DNA from: Eubacteriales bacterium
Lineage (GTDB): Bacteria; Bacillota; Clostridia; Oscillospirales; CAG-272
Direction: 5' to 3'
Assembly (NCBI GenBank): GCA_051867975.1
Contig: JBJDZM010000002.1
Coordinates: 3,307-67,306, forward strand
Length of the DNA stretch: 64,000 nt
A model generated the notes under the pieces. That model did no database searches, was not told the DNA's origin, and saw only the letters and a program-made list of their open reading frames with translations. The position numbers were made by a program, and so were the translations under genes. How positions within the stretch are numbered: position 1 is the first letter of the stretch; the number at the start of each line of letters is the position of its first letter. This document shows, piece after piece, positions 18,317 to 27,355 of the stretch.

Positions 18317-19609
18317 TCAATATTCCTCTTCTTTTTGCGGTTCGGTGTCGTATTTTTTCAACATTCCGCGCACCTTTGAATCGACCGTTGCCCTTACGGT
18401 GACATACTCTTCTCCGTATTCGACCTCCTCAACCACGGCATCCTTGTAAAGCCGATTAAGTGCGCCCTGCTCACAATTCGGTATCTTAAAGACAACGCTT
18501 GTCTTGCCGTCTCCGACTATTCTCACAAGCATTTCCGCCAACCTGTCGCACCCCTCGCCTGTCTTTGCAGAGATGTGAACGATATTTTCTCTCTCGCGCG
18601 TGCGGTCAATCACGGGGTCGTCAAAAGTCCCCCTGTCGCACTTATTAAAGACGTATATTGTCGGCTTGTCCCCTGCCCCAAGCTCTTCAAGCGTTTTCTC
18701 GGTACATTCAAGCTGTGAGAGATATTCGGGGTCGGACGCATCGGCGAGTATCATGATTATATCGGAATATACCGCCTCGTCAAGCGTTGAACGGAAGGCG
18801 TTTACCAGGTGGTGCGGCAGCTTGCGGATAAATCCGACTGTGTCGGTCAGGAGTACCGTCTCGCCGCTCGGAAGCTCAAACTTTCTCGTCGTAGGATCAA
18901 GCGTCGCAAAGAGCTTGTCCTCTGCCAAGATTCCGGCATCGGTGAGTCTGTTGAGAAGCGTCGATTTTCCCGCATTCGTATATCCTACAATGGCGATTTT
19001 CTTAAGTCCGCTGCGGTCTCGCGCCGAACGCATCGTTTTTCTTGTATTCGCCAGCTTTTCAAGCTCTTCTTCAAGCGCGACAATGCGGCGTTTGATATGT
19101 CTGCGGTCGCTCTCAAGCTTTGATTCACCCGGGCCTCGAGTTCCGATTCCTCCTCCGAGTCTCGACAGCTCCGCGCCCTTACCGATAAGTCTCGGTGCGG
19201 TGTATTTGAGCTGCGCAAGCTCGACCTGCAGCTTTCCCTCTCCGCTCGTCGCGTGTAGCGCGAAAATATCAAGAATCAGCATAGAGCGGTCGATGACGTT
19301 TACGTCGTTCCCGATATCCTCTTCAAGGTTTCTTATCTGCGCGGGAGACAGCTCCTCGTCGAAGATCACGAGCTTTACACCGTTATTTTCGCAAAGCTCG
19401 CTTATCTCGGCGACCTTTCCCTTTCCGATGAGAGTTCTCGGGTCGGGTGTGCTTTTGTTTTGCACTACGGTCGCAAACACCTCTCCGCCGGCAGTGTCAA
19501 GAAGCCTTGCAAGCTCCTGAAGCGATATTTCGACCTCGTCACTGTCGCGGTCGGTCACAATACCGACCAAAATTGCTTTTGACTTTATTTTTTCCTTTTC
19601 AAATTCCAT
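18317..19609 (-). CDS. hflX: GTPase HflX
   Basis: HflX N-domain plus G-domain motifs GYTNAGKSTLLNRLT, DTVGF and NKCD. Confidence 0.9.
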   Translation of the reverse strand: MEFEKEKIKSKAILVGIVTDRDSDEVEISLQELARLLDTAGGEVFATVVQNKSTPDPRTLIGKGKVAEISELCENNGVKLVIFDEELSPAQIRNLEEDIGNDVNVIDRSMLILDIFALHATSGEGKLQVELAQLKYTAPRLIGKGAELSRLGGGIGTRGPGESKLESDRRHIKRRIVALEEELEKLANTRKTMRSARDRSGLKKIAIVGYTNAGKSTLLNRLTDAGILAEDKLFATLDPTTRKFELPSGETVLLTDTVGFIRKLPHHLVNAFRSTLDEAVYSDIIMILADASDPEYLSQLECTEKTLEELGAGDKPTIYVFNKCDRGTFDDPVIDRTRERENIVHISAKTGEGCDRLAEMLVRIVGDGKTSVVFKIPNCEQGALNRLYKDAVVEEVEYGEEYVTVRATVDSKVRGMLKKYDTEPQKEEEY

Positions 19610-19666
19610 AAATCTACCCCCTTGTGTCTATTGTACGGTAAAAAGCAGTCTGATATCCGCTTTTCC

Positions 19667-19706
19667 TAAAAAACCAAAAGAGACCGCACGCCGTGCGATC
19701 TCTTCT
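19667..19706 (-). terminator. Intrinsic terminator after rpmE
   Basis: Minus-strand GAGATCGCACG-G-CGTGCGGTCTC followed by TTTTGGTTTTTT. Confidence 0.7.
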
Positions 19707-19750
19707 AATGCATGGGCGCAGTCGCCCAAACTATGCGCAAAATCCGAAAA

Positions 19751-19960
19751 TTACTTGCCGAGTCCTTCGAGTCTCTTCTTGAACTTATCAACACGTCCGC
19801 CTGCATCGACAAACTTCTGCTTGCCGGTGAAGAAGGGGTGGCACTTCGAGCAAACCTCGACTTTGATCTCTTCTCCCTTAGTGGACTTAGTAACAACGGT
19901 CTCGCCGCATGCGCACTTGATAACGCACTCTACGTATTTGGGCTGGATAGCTTCCTTCAT
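19751..19960 (-). CDS. rpmE: 50S ribosomal protein L31 (zinc-binding type)
   Basis: MKEAIQPKY...CACGE...[13 protein letters not shown]. Preferred start is the 6th codon of the ORF, preceded by GAGG. Confidence 0.9.
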   Translation of the reverse strand: MKEAIQPKYVECVIKCACGETVVTKSTKGEEIKVEVCSKCHPFFTGKQKFVDAGGRVDKFKKRLEGLGK

Positions 19961-20020
19961 TTCCTTGTACCTCACAAAATTATTTCGCTGTAATTTGGCA
20001 GCGATTTCACAAGTAGAGTT

Positions 20021-20049
20021 ATTTTATCACAAAAAATCTCTTTTGTCAA
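20021..20049 (-). promoter_or_regulatory. Sigma-A type promoter of rpmE
   Basis: Minus strand: TTGACA (comp 20044-20049), a 17-nt spacer, then TAAAAT (comp 20021-20026) preceded by TGA. Confidence 0.5.
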
Positions 20050-20086
20050 TAGTTTTTTGAAAGATTTTTCGACTCACGGTGAAAAA

Positions 20087-20590
20087 TCAGTTGTAGACGA
20101 GAAAATACGTTTCGCCATCAAAACCGATGCCTTTGATATTTGCGGCACTGCCTGATAACAGCTGACTGCATTTTTCAACATAGTCGATGCCATTGAGACC
20201 TATATATTTATTGGTTTGAGTGTCTTTGTCGGAAACAAGTTCTTTTCTTAATCGAATGATTCCTTCTGAATCTTGTTGCAGTACCAATTCTGCGATAAGC
20301 TTATCCTTTTGATAAAGCAGATGTAAAACATATTCACCTTCGTTACCGTCACCATTCAGCAAGGGAATAACTAAAAACCAATCGAAGTCAAACAGATATT
20401 GACAAGAGCTTACATTTACACCGGAAGAATATATATCTTCGTATCTGTATTGGTTAATGTAACCGTTGGGGTGTAGCGTGACATCCGTCCATTCATATAT
20501 TGGAATTTGAGAAATCTCATTTGCTCTAAAGTTCCAATAAGTATTGAATTTTTCTCGACCTTCCTCTAACGAGGTGAAAGAATTTACCAA
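20087..20590 (-). CDS. Hypothetical protein, last gene of the AT-rich island (TTG start; possibly orphan immunity gene or a truncated remnant)
   Basis: 167-aa ORF whose only start is TTG, with no clear RBS. No signal peptide and no recognised motif. Confidence 0.35.
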   Translation of the reverse strand: MVNSFTSLEEGREKFNTYWNFRANEISQIPIYEWTDVTLHPNGYINQYRYEDIYSSGVNVSSCQYLFDFDWFLVIPLLNGDGNEGEYVLHLLYQKDKLIAELVLQQDSEGIIRLRKELVSDKDTQTNKYIGLNGIDYVEKCSQLLSGSAANIKGIGFDGETYFLVYN

Positions 20591-20688
20591 ATTCCATTAA
20601 ATCGTAGCTTCGTGTCTGCTTGTTACAAGATTGCATTACCCCATACCTCAAGAGAGAATTCTACCCGATCACAAAGTCGAGAGGTGAA

Positions 20689-21138
20689 TCATTCACTCGC
20701 CCACATTTTGATTATTTCTCCGGTAGCTTTAGATATAGCAATATTATAGCAACTTCCGGGTATTTCGCTATCCTCGCCAAAGTACACAACCCATATGTTA
20801 TCTTCTGTGTCGTAAAAAACGCCTTGCAACACATATGATTGGCAAATGCCGCTTAGCTTCACTTCCTCAAATGCTTTGTCTGCAATTGAAATTGCAGTTT
20901 CTTTGTTAGGAACAATAGCATCACCTGAGGATGTATCAGGATTTTCAGAACCGGCAGTAACATCTGCCCAATCTTTACCGGGATAGATGCCTTCACTATA
21001 ACTATATGTTGTTGCTTCTTCTTTATTTGTCACGGATCCTTCTCCACTTTCTTTTGTTTCGCCATTATCAATGGTAGTACATCCGAATAACAAAAACAAT
21101 ACGATGAATGTAAATAATAAAAATACACTTCTTTTCAT
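20689..21138 (-). CDS. Lipoprotein with NTF2-fold immunity-protein-like domain
   Basis: Lipobox LLFGC with a GGAGGTG RBS. The C-terminal 75 aa (IVPNKETAISIADKAFEEV...WVVYFGED...YNIAISKATGEIIKMW) fit the pattern I recall for Imm-NTF2 immunity proteins of polymorphic toxin systems. Confidence 0.55.
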   Translation of the reverse strand: MKRSVFLLFTFIVLFLLFGCTTIDNGETKESGEGSVTNKEEATTYSYSEGIYPGKDWADVTAGSENPDTSSGDAIVPNKETAISIADKAFEEVKLSGICQSYVLQGVFYDTEDNIWVVYFGEDSEIPGSCYNIAISKATGEIIKMWASE

Positions 21139-21148
21139 AGTTCACCTC

Positions 21149-23827
21149 CTACGGCGTTGGCCAACTCATACTTCCACAACTAAACCCTTTAGAACAAACA
21201 CCGTTAACAATATGATCATGCCATGAATCATAAAACTCTGTTTGTAGTGCTTGTTTCTGTGCTGTAGTGAGCGGAGTAGGAGTAATAGTATCGACATACA
21301 ACGGATGCTGTCCAGAACTATAGTCATATTTGTTTACCTCAAGATTAGGACCATTGAAATATGCATCTATTTTATAGTGGTTTGCATAATTTATATCTGC
21401 TGATGAAAATGAATTACTGTTTGGATGTGTATGCGAATAAGCTACAGCTGTACCATTTGAAGGGATGCGCCCCATATTGATACCCGAGGCACTATGAGGA
21501 GAACCTGCTGCTGGTTCTGTATAGTAGTAAAGTGTACGACCATCCTCATTAACTTTGTATATTTCTGTAGAATATTCATGTCTAATATAGAGGCTTGCTG
21601 CATAAATCTCTGTGGCAAAAGCAAGGGCAGCTAAGTCGGCAGAAACATATCCATCTATGGTAACAGTCCACCACCATACCCAAGGGGCACCAGAATATGT
21701 CACACCGACCTTGAAAGTTCCAACCTTAAGAGCAGTTAATTCGCCAGTTGTTGAATTTATTGATGCAACATCTGTAGCAGCATAACTCGCCGTCCCTACT
21801 CTATATTTTACAGGTCCATTGTGTCCAATGCGTGTGCTTCTCATATACGCAACATACTGATGCGTATCACCAACCGCAAGCTGATAATCGAAATCCTCCG
21901 GTTCAACATCCTCATATACATTACCAGTATATTTGTGGAAACTCCATTTTGTCCCGACATCGCTGGCATTTGTGGTAAATATGAGTTTACTGTCATTTCC
22001 GGTTTTCGCTGATTGAATATAATATTTTGTTCCGTTCTTGGTATGTGTTATATAATAAAAACCGCCAGTGTATTCGATTTTCCACGTATAGCTCGTAGAA
22101 AGTTGTGAATCACTTTCATTTCGACGTCCTGCAATCGGAGCATTATTTCCTACACTTGGATAGATTACCAATGAACTATCAAGCATACTTCTGATAACAT
22201 AATCATCGTATTCTGGGCGATAGGTGATCTTAAAGAGATTTTCTAAATTTGAGGAACTAAGTGGGGGAGCTGAATAAGACGTTGTGTCCTGAAGGACCCA
22301 GGCTAAGTTCTCGGGAATATAAGACTTAAAATAATAGTTTGTTCCGCCTCTTCCGATTGCGTATACTCCTTCCGCCAAGTGTGTTCCTGTATAGTTAATT
22401 GTTAGTTGCGCGAATTTTTGCATCTTTTCTTTTGCGACAAATTTTACACTTAATGCTGTTCCGCCAGCTCGTTTTAATGCAAACCCACGATTAGCCGTAC
22501 CTGTGTACCAAGAACGAACATAGTCTGTAACTGTAAAAGATGCATACGAAGGATTGGAAACCGTTGCGCCGTTTGCATATAGGTCTCGTGTATCTAAACA
22601 GGTTGAGTTTATAGAGGGTTTGGTATTCCACGTAACGTAATCCTCATACCAATTAGATGTAATCTGATAGAGATTAACACTTATGTACGAATCACTTGTT
22701 ATATCAAAATAATACGGGAATTTAACTGTCGCCGAGGTGATATATGTTCCGTCTGGCAGGTTTGGAGTTGCAAATTTATAATATGTTTCTCTTGCGGACG
22801 AAACCCACAGCGTGTGTGTTCCTCCAAAATTTCCCGTAGTGTTTGAAGAAGTTACGTATGTATCATCAATTTGCCCAATATCTACCAATGACGGATCAAT
22901 GATAACTGGAAAACTGCGTTCTATTGAATTGATCCACTGTGCATCAGCACAAAGAGTAAATTCATACCTACCATTTTGGGAACTCGTCAAAGAATAATAA
23001 GCTTCAAAAGATTCATTTCCTTCCGAATCATACATATAGGGTGCGGGTATGCAATAGATTACTTCCTCCGAGGATGAATCGCAAAGCAAAATGTTCCCGT
23101 TTTCAAGTTTGGCTATGAGACCGTTAAGATCAAGCGTAAATGTATAACTGTAACCGTCAGACGGTTTCTTAACAATAATATTTTCTTTGATGCTATTAGA
23201 TACAACAAGATATTCCAAATCAACACCATCAAGAATATCACTGTATGTTACGCTTGATGCAATATTGTCAACATTGATCAACTTTTGAAGTTTAGTCATT
23301 CCCTCTTCCGAAATTGATTGATTAGCAACCACTCCTTCAGTTTTCTTTTGTGCTCCAACTAAGCCAACCGTTACTTTATAGTTTCCGTTGTGAAGTGTGT
23401 AAAGTGATTCATTTCCAGTAATCTTCTTTGCAAATTTAACACGAGAATCACCAGTTGCTATAGCACCGTCACTAACAGTAAGAGTGTTGTCAATTTCTTC
23501 CCACTCTCCGTCAGAGTTTAATTTGTGAACTGGTTCACCATACACTACCGCTTGATATGTTCCGTCCGGTAGGTGAAAATGTTTTACATTTTCACCACGT
23601 AGCGATATGATTTCAAATGTTAATTCGTCTAATTCTTGTTGTAATTCAGAAGGATCTTTAGGCTCTTTAATAACCTCTGCAGAGGATTCTTCGACTGTAT
23701 TACCACGTGGAACATAATCCTCGGGAATTTCCTGCTCAGTAGCGAAAACAGTTGTTGGCATCACGAAGTTTACCACCAACATAATTATAAGCATGAATGA
23801 CAATGTTTTAGTATTGTTCTTTTTCAT
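21149..23827 (-). CDS. Secreted multidomain protein: DNRLRE-like domain, ricin-B-like lectin, Big_2 Ig-like domain, C-terminal DUF4329-like module
   Basis: Signal peptide MKKNNTKTLSFMLIIMLVVNFVMPTTVFA. DNRLRE-like segment DDTYVTSS...YKFATPNLPDG...ATVKF...ITSNWYEDYVTWNTKP. Big_2-like segment SINSTTGELTALKVGTFKV. C-terminus EYSTEIYKVNEDGRTLYYYTEPAAG...AYSHTHPNSNSFSSADI resembles DUF4329. Confidence 0.6.
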   Translation of the reverse strand: MKKNNTKTLSFMLIIMLVVNFVMPTTVFATEQEIPEDYVPRGNTVEESSAEVIKEPKDPSELQQELDELTFEIISLRGENVKHFHLPDGTYQAVVYGEPVHKLNSDGEWEEIDNTLTVSDGAIATGDSRVKFAKKITGNESLYTLHNGNYKVTVGLVGAQKKTEGVVANQSISEEGMTKLQKLINVDNIASSVTYSDILDGVDLEYLVVSNSIKENIIVKKPSDGYSYTFTLDLNGLIAKLENGNILLCDSSSEEVIYCIPAPYMYDSEGNESFEAYYSLTSSQNGRYEFTLCADAQWINSIERSFPVIIDPSLVDIGQIDDTYVTSSNTTGNFGGTHTLWVSSARETYYKFATPNLPDGTYITSATVKFPYYFDITSDSYISVNLYQITSNWYEDYVTWNTKPSINSTCLDTRDLYANGATVSNPSYASFTVTDYVRSWYTGTANRGFALKRAGGTALSVKFVAKEKMQKFAQLTINYTGTHLAEGVYAIGRGGTNYYFKSYIPENLAWVLQDTTSYSAPPLSSSNLENLFKITYRPEYDDYVIRSMLDSSLVIYPSVGNNAPIAGRRNESDSQLSTSYTWKIEYTGGFYYITHTKNGTKYYIQSAKTGNDSKLIFTTNASDVGTKWSFHKYTGNVYEDVEPEDFDYQLAVGDTHQYVAYMRSTRIGHNGPVKYRVGTASYAATDVASINSTTGELTALKVGTFKVGVTYSGAPWVWWWTVTIDGYVSADLAALAFATEIYAASLYIRHEYSTEIYKVNEDGRTLYYYTEPAAGSPHSASGINMGRIPSNGTAVAYSHTHPNSNSFSSADINYANHYKIDAYFNGPNLEVNKYDYSSGQHPLYVDTITPTPLTTAQKQALQTEFYDSWHDHIVNGVCSKGFSCGSMSWPTP

Positions 23828-23854
23828 AAAATCTTCCTCTTTTGAAAATGATTT

Positions 23855-24496
23855 TTATTGTGATAGTTGAAATACTCCTTCACCGATTTGTATTTCGCTC
23901 TTTGGCAAAGAGATTGATTTCAGATTAGGGCAGTTGTGGAAAGCATAATCACCGATGTACTCAATGCTTTCAGGGATAACAACGGAAACAAGGTACTTAT
24001 ACTGCCTGAAGGCATTGCTCTGTATGCCTTTCACTGGAACACCGAATAATTCCGATGGAATAACGATGCTATCAAAGCATGACTTGTATATGCCCGCCAC
24101 CTCATAGTAAGAATTATCGACAAGATAGTAGCGGAAGATACCATCATCGTATATCTCGGGAACTCCTATCTTATCTTGTAAATCAGCAGCTGGAATTTTA
24201 GACGGTGATTCACCTTCTTGAATTATGGGTTCTTCCGGAGTGAGATTATCACAGTTGCTGTTGTTTGTTTGATTTGAATTGTGATTTTCTTCAAAAGCAA
24301 TCACTGCCTCTGTATTGTCGTTTCTTGTATTTATCTGTTCGTTGCTTCTCTTACAATCATTGTCTATATCAATCGCGTATGCAGAGGCAGAGATAAGACA
24401 AATTGAAAAAAGAATCAAAACAGATATAGAAAGTAAGAGTAGCGGTGTTTTGCGTGTGATTGATGGATGAGCTTTTCGACTGTGTCTGTTTAACAT
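23855..24496 (-). CDS. BspA-type leucine-rich repeat protein, membrane-anchored or secreted
   Basis: ORF 23855-24529. Preferred start MLNRHS follows GAAGGGGG. N-terminal TM/signal helix. LRR motifs IPSELFGVPVKGIQSNAF and VVIPESIEYIGDYAFHNCPNLKSISLP. Confidence 0.65.
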   Translation of the reverse strand: MLNRHSRKAHPSITRKTPLLLLSISVLILFSICLISASAYAIDIDNDCKRSNEQINTRNDNTEAVIAFEENHNSNQTNNSNCDNLTPEEPIIQEGESPSKIPAADLQDKIGVPEIYDDGIFRYYLVDNSYYEVAGIYKSCFDSIVIPSELFGVPVKGIQSNAFRQYKYLVSVVIPESIEYIGDYAFHNCPNLKSISLPKSEIQIGEGVFQLSQ

Positions 24497-24714
24497 GTGT
24501 AATGCCCCCTTCTCAATAATTATATTCAATAAAACAGCGCATAAAGACCAATGTACAGTACTCCCGACATCTTTATGCGCTTATCGTTATTAATGAAGCC
24601 AAATATCCTCGCATGGACTTCTCGCATCTATGCGAGCACAACTCGACAACAATAAAATCCTTTGCGCATTGTTGTTGGCGGGTTAGGTGCTTTTTCTTGC
24701 GGCTATTGTATTGT
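24497..24714 (-). promoter_or_regulatory. ~215-nt 5' leader with mutually exclusive helices and an intrinsic terminator (unclassified riboswitch or attenuator candidate)
   Basis: Minus-strand RNA contains ACAACAAT...ATTGTTGT, the triple CTCGCAT/ATGCGAG/ATGCGAG, and the terminator GCGCATAAAGA-N21-TCTTTATGCGC followed by TGTTTTATT. An upstream GCGCAAAGGA can pair with the terminator 3' arm. Confidence 0.5.
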
Positions 24715-24720
24715 ACTTAT

Positions 24721-24749
24721 ATTATAACGTATTTTGGACAATTTGTCAA
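24721..24749 (-). promoter_or_regulatory. Consensus sigma-A promoter of the island operon
   Basis: Minus strand: TTGACA (comp 24744-24749), a 17-nt spacer, then TATAAT (comp 24721-24726). Confidence 0.7.
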
Positions 24750-24908
24750 GCGATAATGACATTATTTAGGAATCTTTTAAAAAATGGAAAAGTCTTGCAG
24801 AAGTCACAAAAAGCGATCGTGGGCAGACTTGAAAAGCCAATTTAATCACCAAAACCGCTCTGACCTCATACCATGATACAGAGACAAAATCTAATTCGGA
24901 GGTCGGAA

Positions 24909-25361
24909 ATGAACAAAGATACAAATAAAAGCGTAGGCTATATGATAGTCCGCGTAACGACGGCGCGCGGCGCGATACCGCTTGAAGGAGCAATAGTCAC
25001 GGTGAGTGATTATTACGACGAGAGCGAGCCGGAGCGAGGAAATGCCATAGTATCCTCCACGACAAACTCCTCGGGGCTTACGGAAAGATTTGAACTGCCT
25101 GCACTCCCGCGCGAGCTTTCCATGTCGCCCGGCAACGGCAAAAGCTTCCTTACATATAACATAAGGGTGGCAAAGGACGGATATTATCAGCAAAACTATA
25201 TCAATGCGCCTGTCTTTGAGGGCATAACCTCAATTCAATCGGCGGATATGATTCCTCTTGCCGACAACGGGCAGACCGACAGATTTACACCGTACGGAAA
25301 CCTGTTTTTCGAGAACGAGAACCCGAATCTTGAAGGAAAGGCGGGTGACGGCAATGCCTGA
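24909..25361 (+). CDS. Carboxypeptidase-regulatory-like (beta-sandwich) domain protein
   Basis: ORF 24873-25361. Preferred start MNKDTNKSVGYMIVRVTTARGAIPLEGAIVTV follows GGAGG. 8-nt overlap with the next gene. Confidence 0.5.
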   Translation: MNKDTNKSVGYMIVRVTTARGAIPLEGAIVTVSDYYDESEPERGNAIVSSTTNSSGLTERFELPALPRELSMSPGNGKSFLTYNIRVAKDGYYQQNYINAPVFEGITSIQSADMIPLADNGQTDRFTPYGNLFFENENPNLEGKAGDGNA

Positions 25362-26757
25362 GGCAAACATACCGTACATTCCCGAGTTCATCACGGTGCA
25401 TCTCGGCGCGCCGAACTCCGATGCGCCAAACGTGACCGTCCCCTTTGCGGATTATATAGCGAACGTCGCATCGAGCGAGATATACCCGACGTGGCCCGAA
25501 AACGCCATCAGAGCAAACATATACGCCCAGACTTCGTTTGCGCTCAACCGCATCTACACCGAATATTACCGCACGCGGGGATATGATTTTGATATCACAA
25601 ACTCCATAGCCATAGACCAATCCTTCGTAAACGGGCGCGACATCTTCGAGAACGTAAACCGCCTTGTGCGTGCGCAATTTACGGACTATATTAGCCGACA
25701 GGGCTTTGTCGAGCCGCTCTATGCTCAGTACTGCGACGGAATTGAGATACAATGCAACGGACTGTCTCAGTGGGGTTCGGTCGAGCTTGCCGAGCAAGGA
25801 TATTCTCCCTATGAGATACTGACATACTATTACGGTGACAATATCGACATAGTCACCGATGCGCCCGTGCGCGGAATAACCGCCTCTCTGCCCCCGTACC
25901 CATTGCAGCTCGGAAGCGTCGGTGACGACGTGCGAACGCTCCAGATAAGGCTGAACCGTATATCCGACAACTACTCGGCAATACCTAAGATAAATCCGCC
26001 CTTCGGCACATTCTCATTCGACACCGAAGAGGCGGTCAAGGAATTTCAGCGCGCCTTCAATCTGACTCCCGACGGAATAGTCGGGCAACAGACATGGTAC
26101 ATGATACAGCAGGTCTACAACAGCGTAAAACGGTTAAACGACCTCAATTCCGAAGGCTTGTCGCTCTCCGAAGTTACACAGCAGTTCCCCGGCGTACTCA
26201 GAGAGGGCGACAACAATATCGGAGTCAGTGCCTTGCAATACTATCTCTCTTATCTCTCGGATTTTTACACGTCGATTCCCCGTGTATCGGTTGACGGCAT
26301 CTTCGGTCCCTCAACCGCCGATGCGGTAAGAGCTGCACAGAGAGAATTCGGACTCACCCCCGACGGCGTTGTCGGCGAGGCGACCTGGCGCGCGATATAC
26401 AATGCGTATATCGGAATAGTATCTACCATTCCTCTGCAATACACCGAGGGCAACACGGTGCCGTTCCCCGGAGTCTTTTTACGGCTTGGAGTTGAGGACG
26501 ATTCGGTCCGCCTTTTGCAGGAATATCTCGACTACATTTCAAGATACATTCCCGAAATTCCGGGAGTCAACCCGACGGGATACTTCGGCGCGCGGACGCA
26601 GGACGCGGTCATCGCCTTTCAGAATTATTACGGGGTGACTCCGTCGGGCATTGTAGGTCCTGTCGTTTGGGGAGGAATTACCGACCTTTATACCGATCTA
26701 TACAACGGAAACCGTCTCGGGAACGGTCAGTATCCCGGAGCGCCGATAGGCGCATGA
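25354..26757 (+). CDS. Peptidoglycan-binding protein: SpoIID/LytB-like N-domain plus three PG_binding_1 repeats
   Basis: Preferred start MPEANIPYIPEF. N-domain ADYIANVASSEIYPTWPENAIRANIYAQTSFALNR. Three repeats of the type LQ..LN.I......I..DGIFG..T..AV..FQ..F.L..DG.VG..TW. Confidence 0.65.
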   Translation: MPEANIPYIPEFITVHLGAPNSDAPNVTVPFADYIANVASSEIYPTWPENAIRANIYAQTSFALNRIYTEYYRTRGYDFDITNSIAIDQSFVNGRDIFENVNRLVRAQFTDYISRQGFVEPLYAQYCDGIEIQCNGLSQWGSVELAEQGYSPYEILTYYYGDNIDIVTDAPVRGITASLPPYPLQLGSVGDDVRTLQIRLNRISDNYSAIPKINPPFGTFSFDTEEAVKEFQRAFNLTPDGIVGQQTWYMIQQVYNSVKRLNDLNSEGLSLSEVTQQFPGVLREGDNNIGVSALQYYLSYLSDFYTSIPRVSVDGIFGPSTADAVRAAQREFGLTPDGVVGEATWRAIYNAYIGIVSTIPLQYTEGNTVPFPGVFLRLGVEDDSVRLLQEYLDYISRYIPEIPGVNPTGYFGARTQDAVIAFQNYYGVTPSGIVGPVVWGGITDLYTDLYNGNRLGNGQYPGAPIGA

Positions 26758-26771
26758 ATCGAGGTGACAAA

Positions 26772-27311
26772 ATGGAAACAAACATGAACGAAAATACTCC
26801 GAACGACTTTGAGAGAGATGCGATAAGGTCTATCCAGAACTATCTGCGTCACCTTTCATTTCACGATGCCCAAATACCGACCGTACCGCTTGACGGAATA
26901 TACGAGAGCGAGACACGAAAATCGGTAATTTCTTTTCAGAAAAAATACGGACTTGAGCCGACGGGGATCGTTGACAGAGCAACGTGGGACAAATTAAAGA
27001 GCGAATACGACCGTTCGGTTGCGCTGAACTCACCGCCCATACGCCTCGACGTCTTTCCGCGAAGCCCGAGCGGCTATGCGATCGGAGTCGGCGTGGAAAG
27101 TTATTTTGCGGCAATAATCCAACATATGCTTGACGAGCTTGAGAGCGTTTACCTCTTCCCCACTCTCTCGTCCTCGGGAACATACGACGAAATAACCGCC
27201 GCCAATATCCGCGAATTTCAGACGCGGAATCTTATTCCCATAACGGGTGAGGTCGACCGTGAGACATGGGACGCTTTGGCACTTCAATATAATTTTCTTG
27301 AAAAACAGTGA
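26772..27311 (+). CDS. Peptidoglycan-binding domain protein
   Basis: Preferred start METNMNEN follows GAGGTGA. Two PG_binding_1-like repeats (IQNYLRHL...DGIYESETRKSVISFQKKYGLEPTGIVDRATW and ...IREFQTRNLIPITGEVDRETW). Confidence 0.6.
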   Translation: METNMNENTPNDFERDAIRSIQNYLRHLSFHDAQIPTVPLDGIYESETRKSVISFQKKYGLEPTGIVDRATWDKLKSEYDRSVALNSPPIRLDVFPRSPSGYAIGVGVESYFAAIIQHMLDELESVYLFPTLSSSGTYDEITAANIREFQTRNLIPITGEVDRETWDALALQYNFLEKQ

Positions 27312-27320
27312 ATAGCTTTA

Positions 27321-27350
27321 AGGGACTGCTCGAAAACAGGAGCAGTCCCT
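27321..27350. terminator. Bidirectional hairpin terminator between convergent genes
   Basis: AGGGACTGCTC-GAAAACA-GGAGCAGTCCCT lies between the stops at 27311 (+) and 27356 (-). Confidence 0.6.
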
Positions 27351-27355
27351 CAATG

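Noticed and set aside
18600-19520. 306-aa plus-strand ORF
   Set aside because: It lies antisense to hflX and its product is extremely Ser-rich and low-complexity.
24497-24714. Assignment of the leader to cyclic-di-GMP (GEMM) or other known riboswitch classes
   Set aside because: GCGCAAAGG superficially recalls the GEMM ACGCAAAGC element. The paired GNRA/receptor architecture and the second conserved segment are not present. I leave the leader unclassified.
20087-24760. Mobile element or prophage origin of the AT-rich island (and likewise for 50.2-64 kb)
   Set aside because: I recognised no integrase, transposase, tRNA target or flanking direct repeats. Foreign origin remains only a compositional inference.
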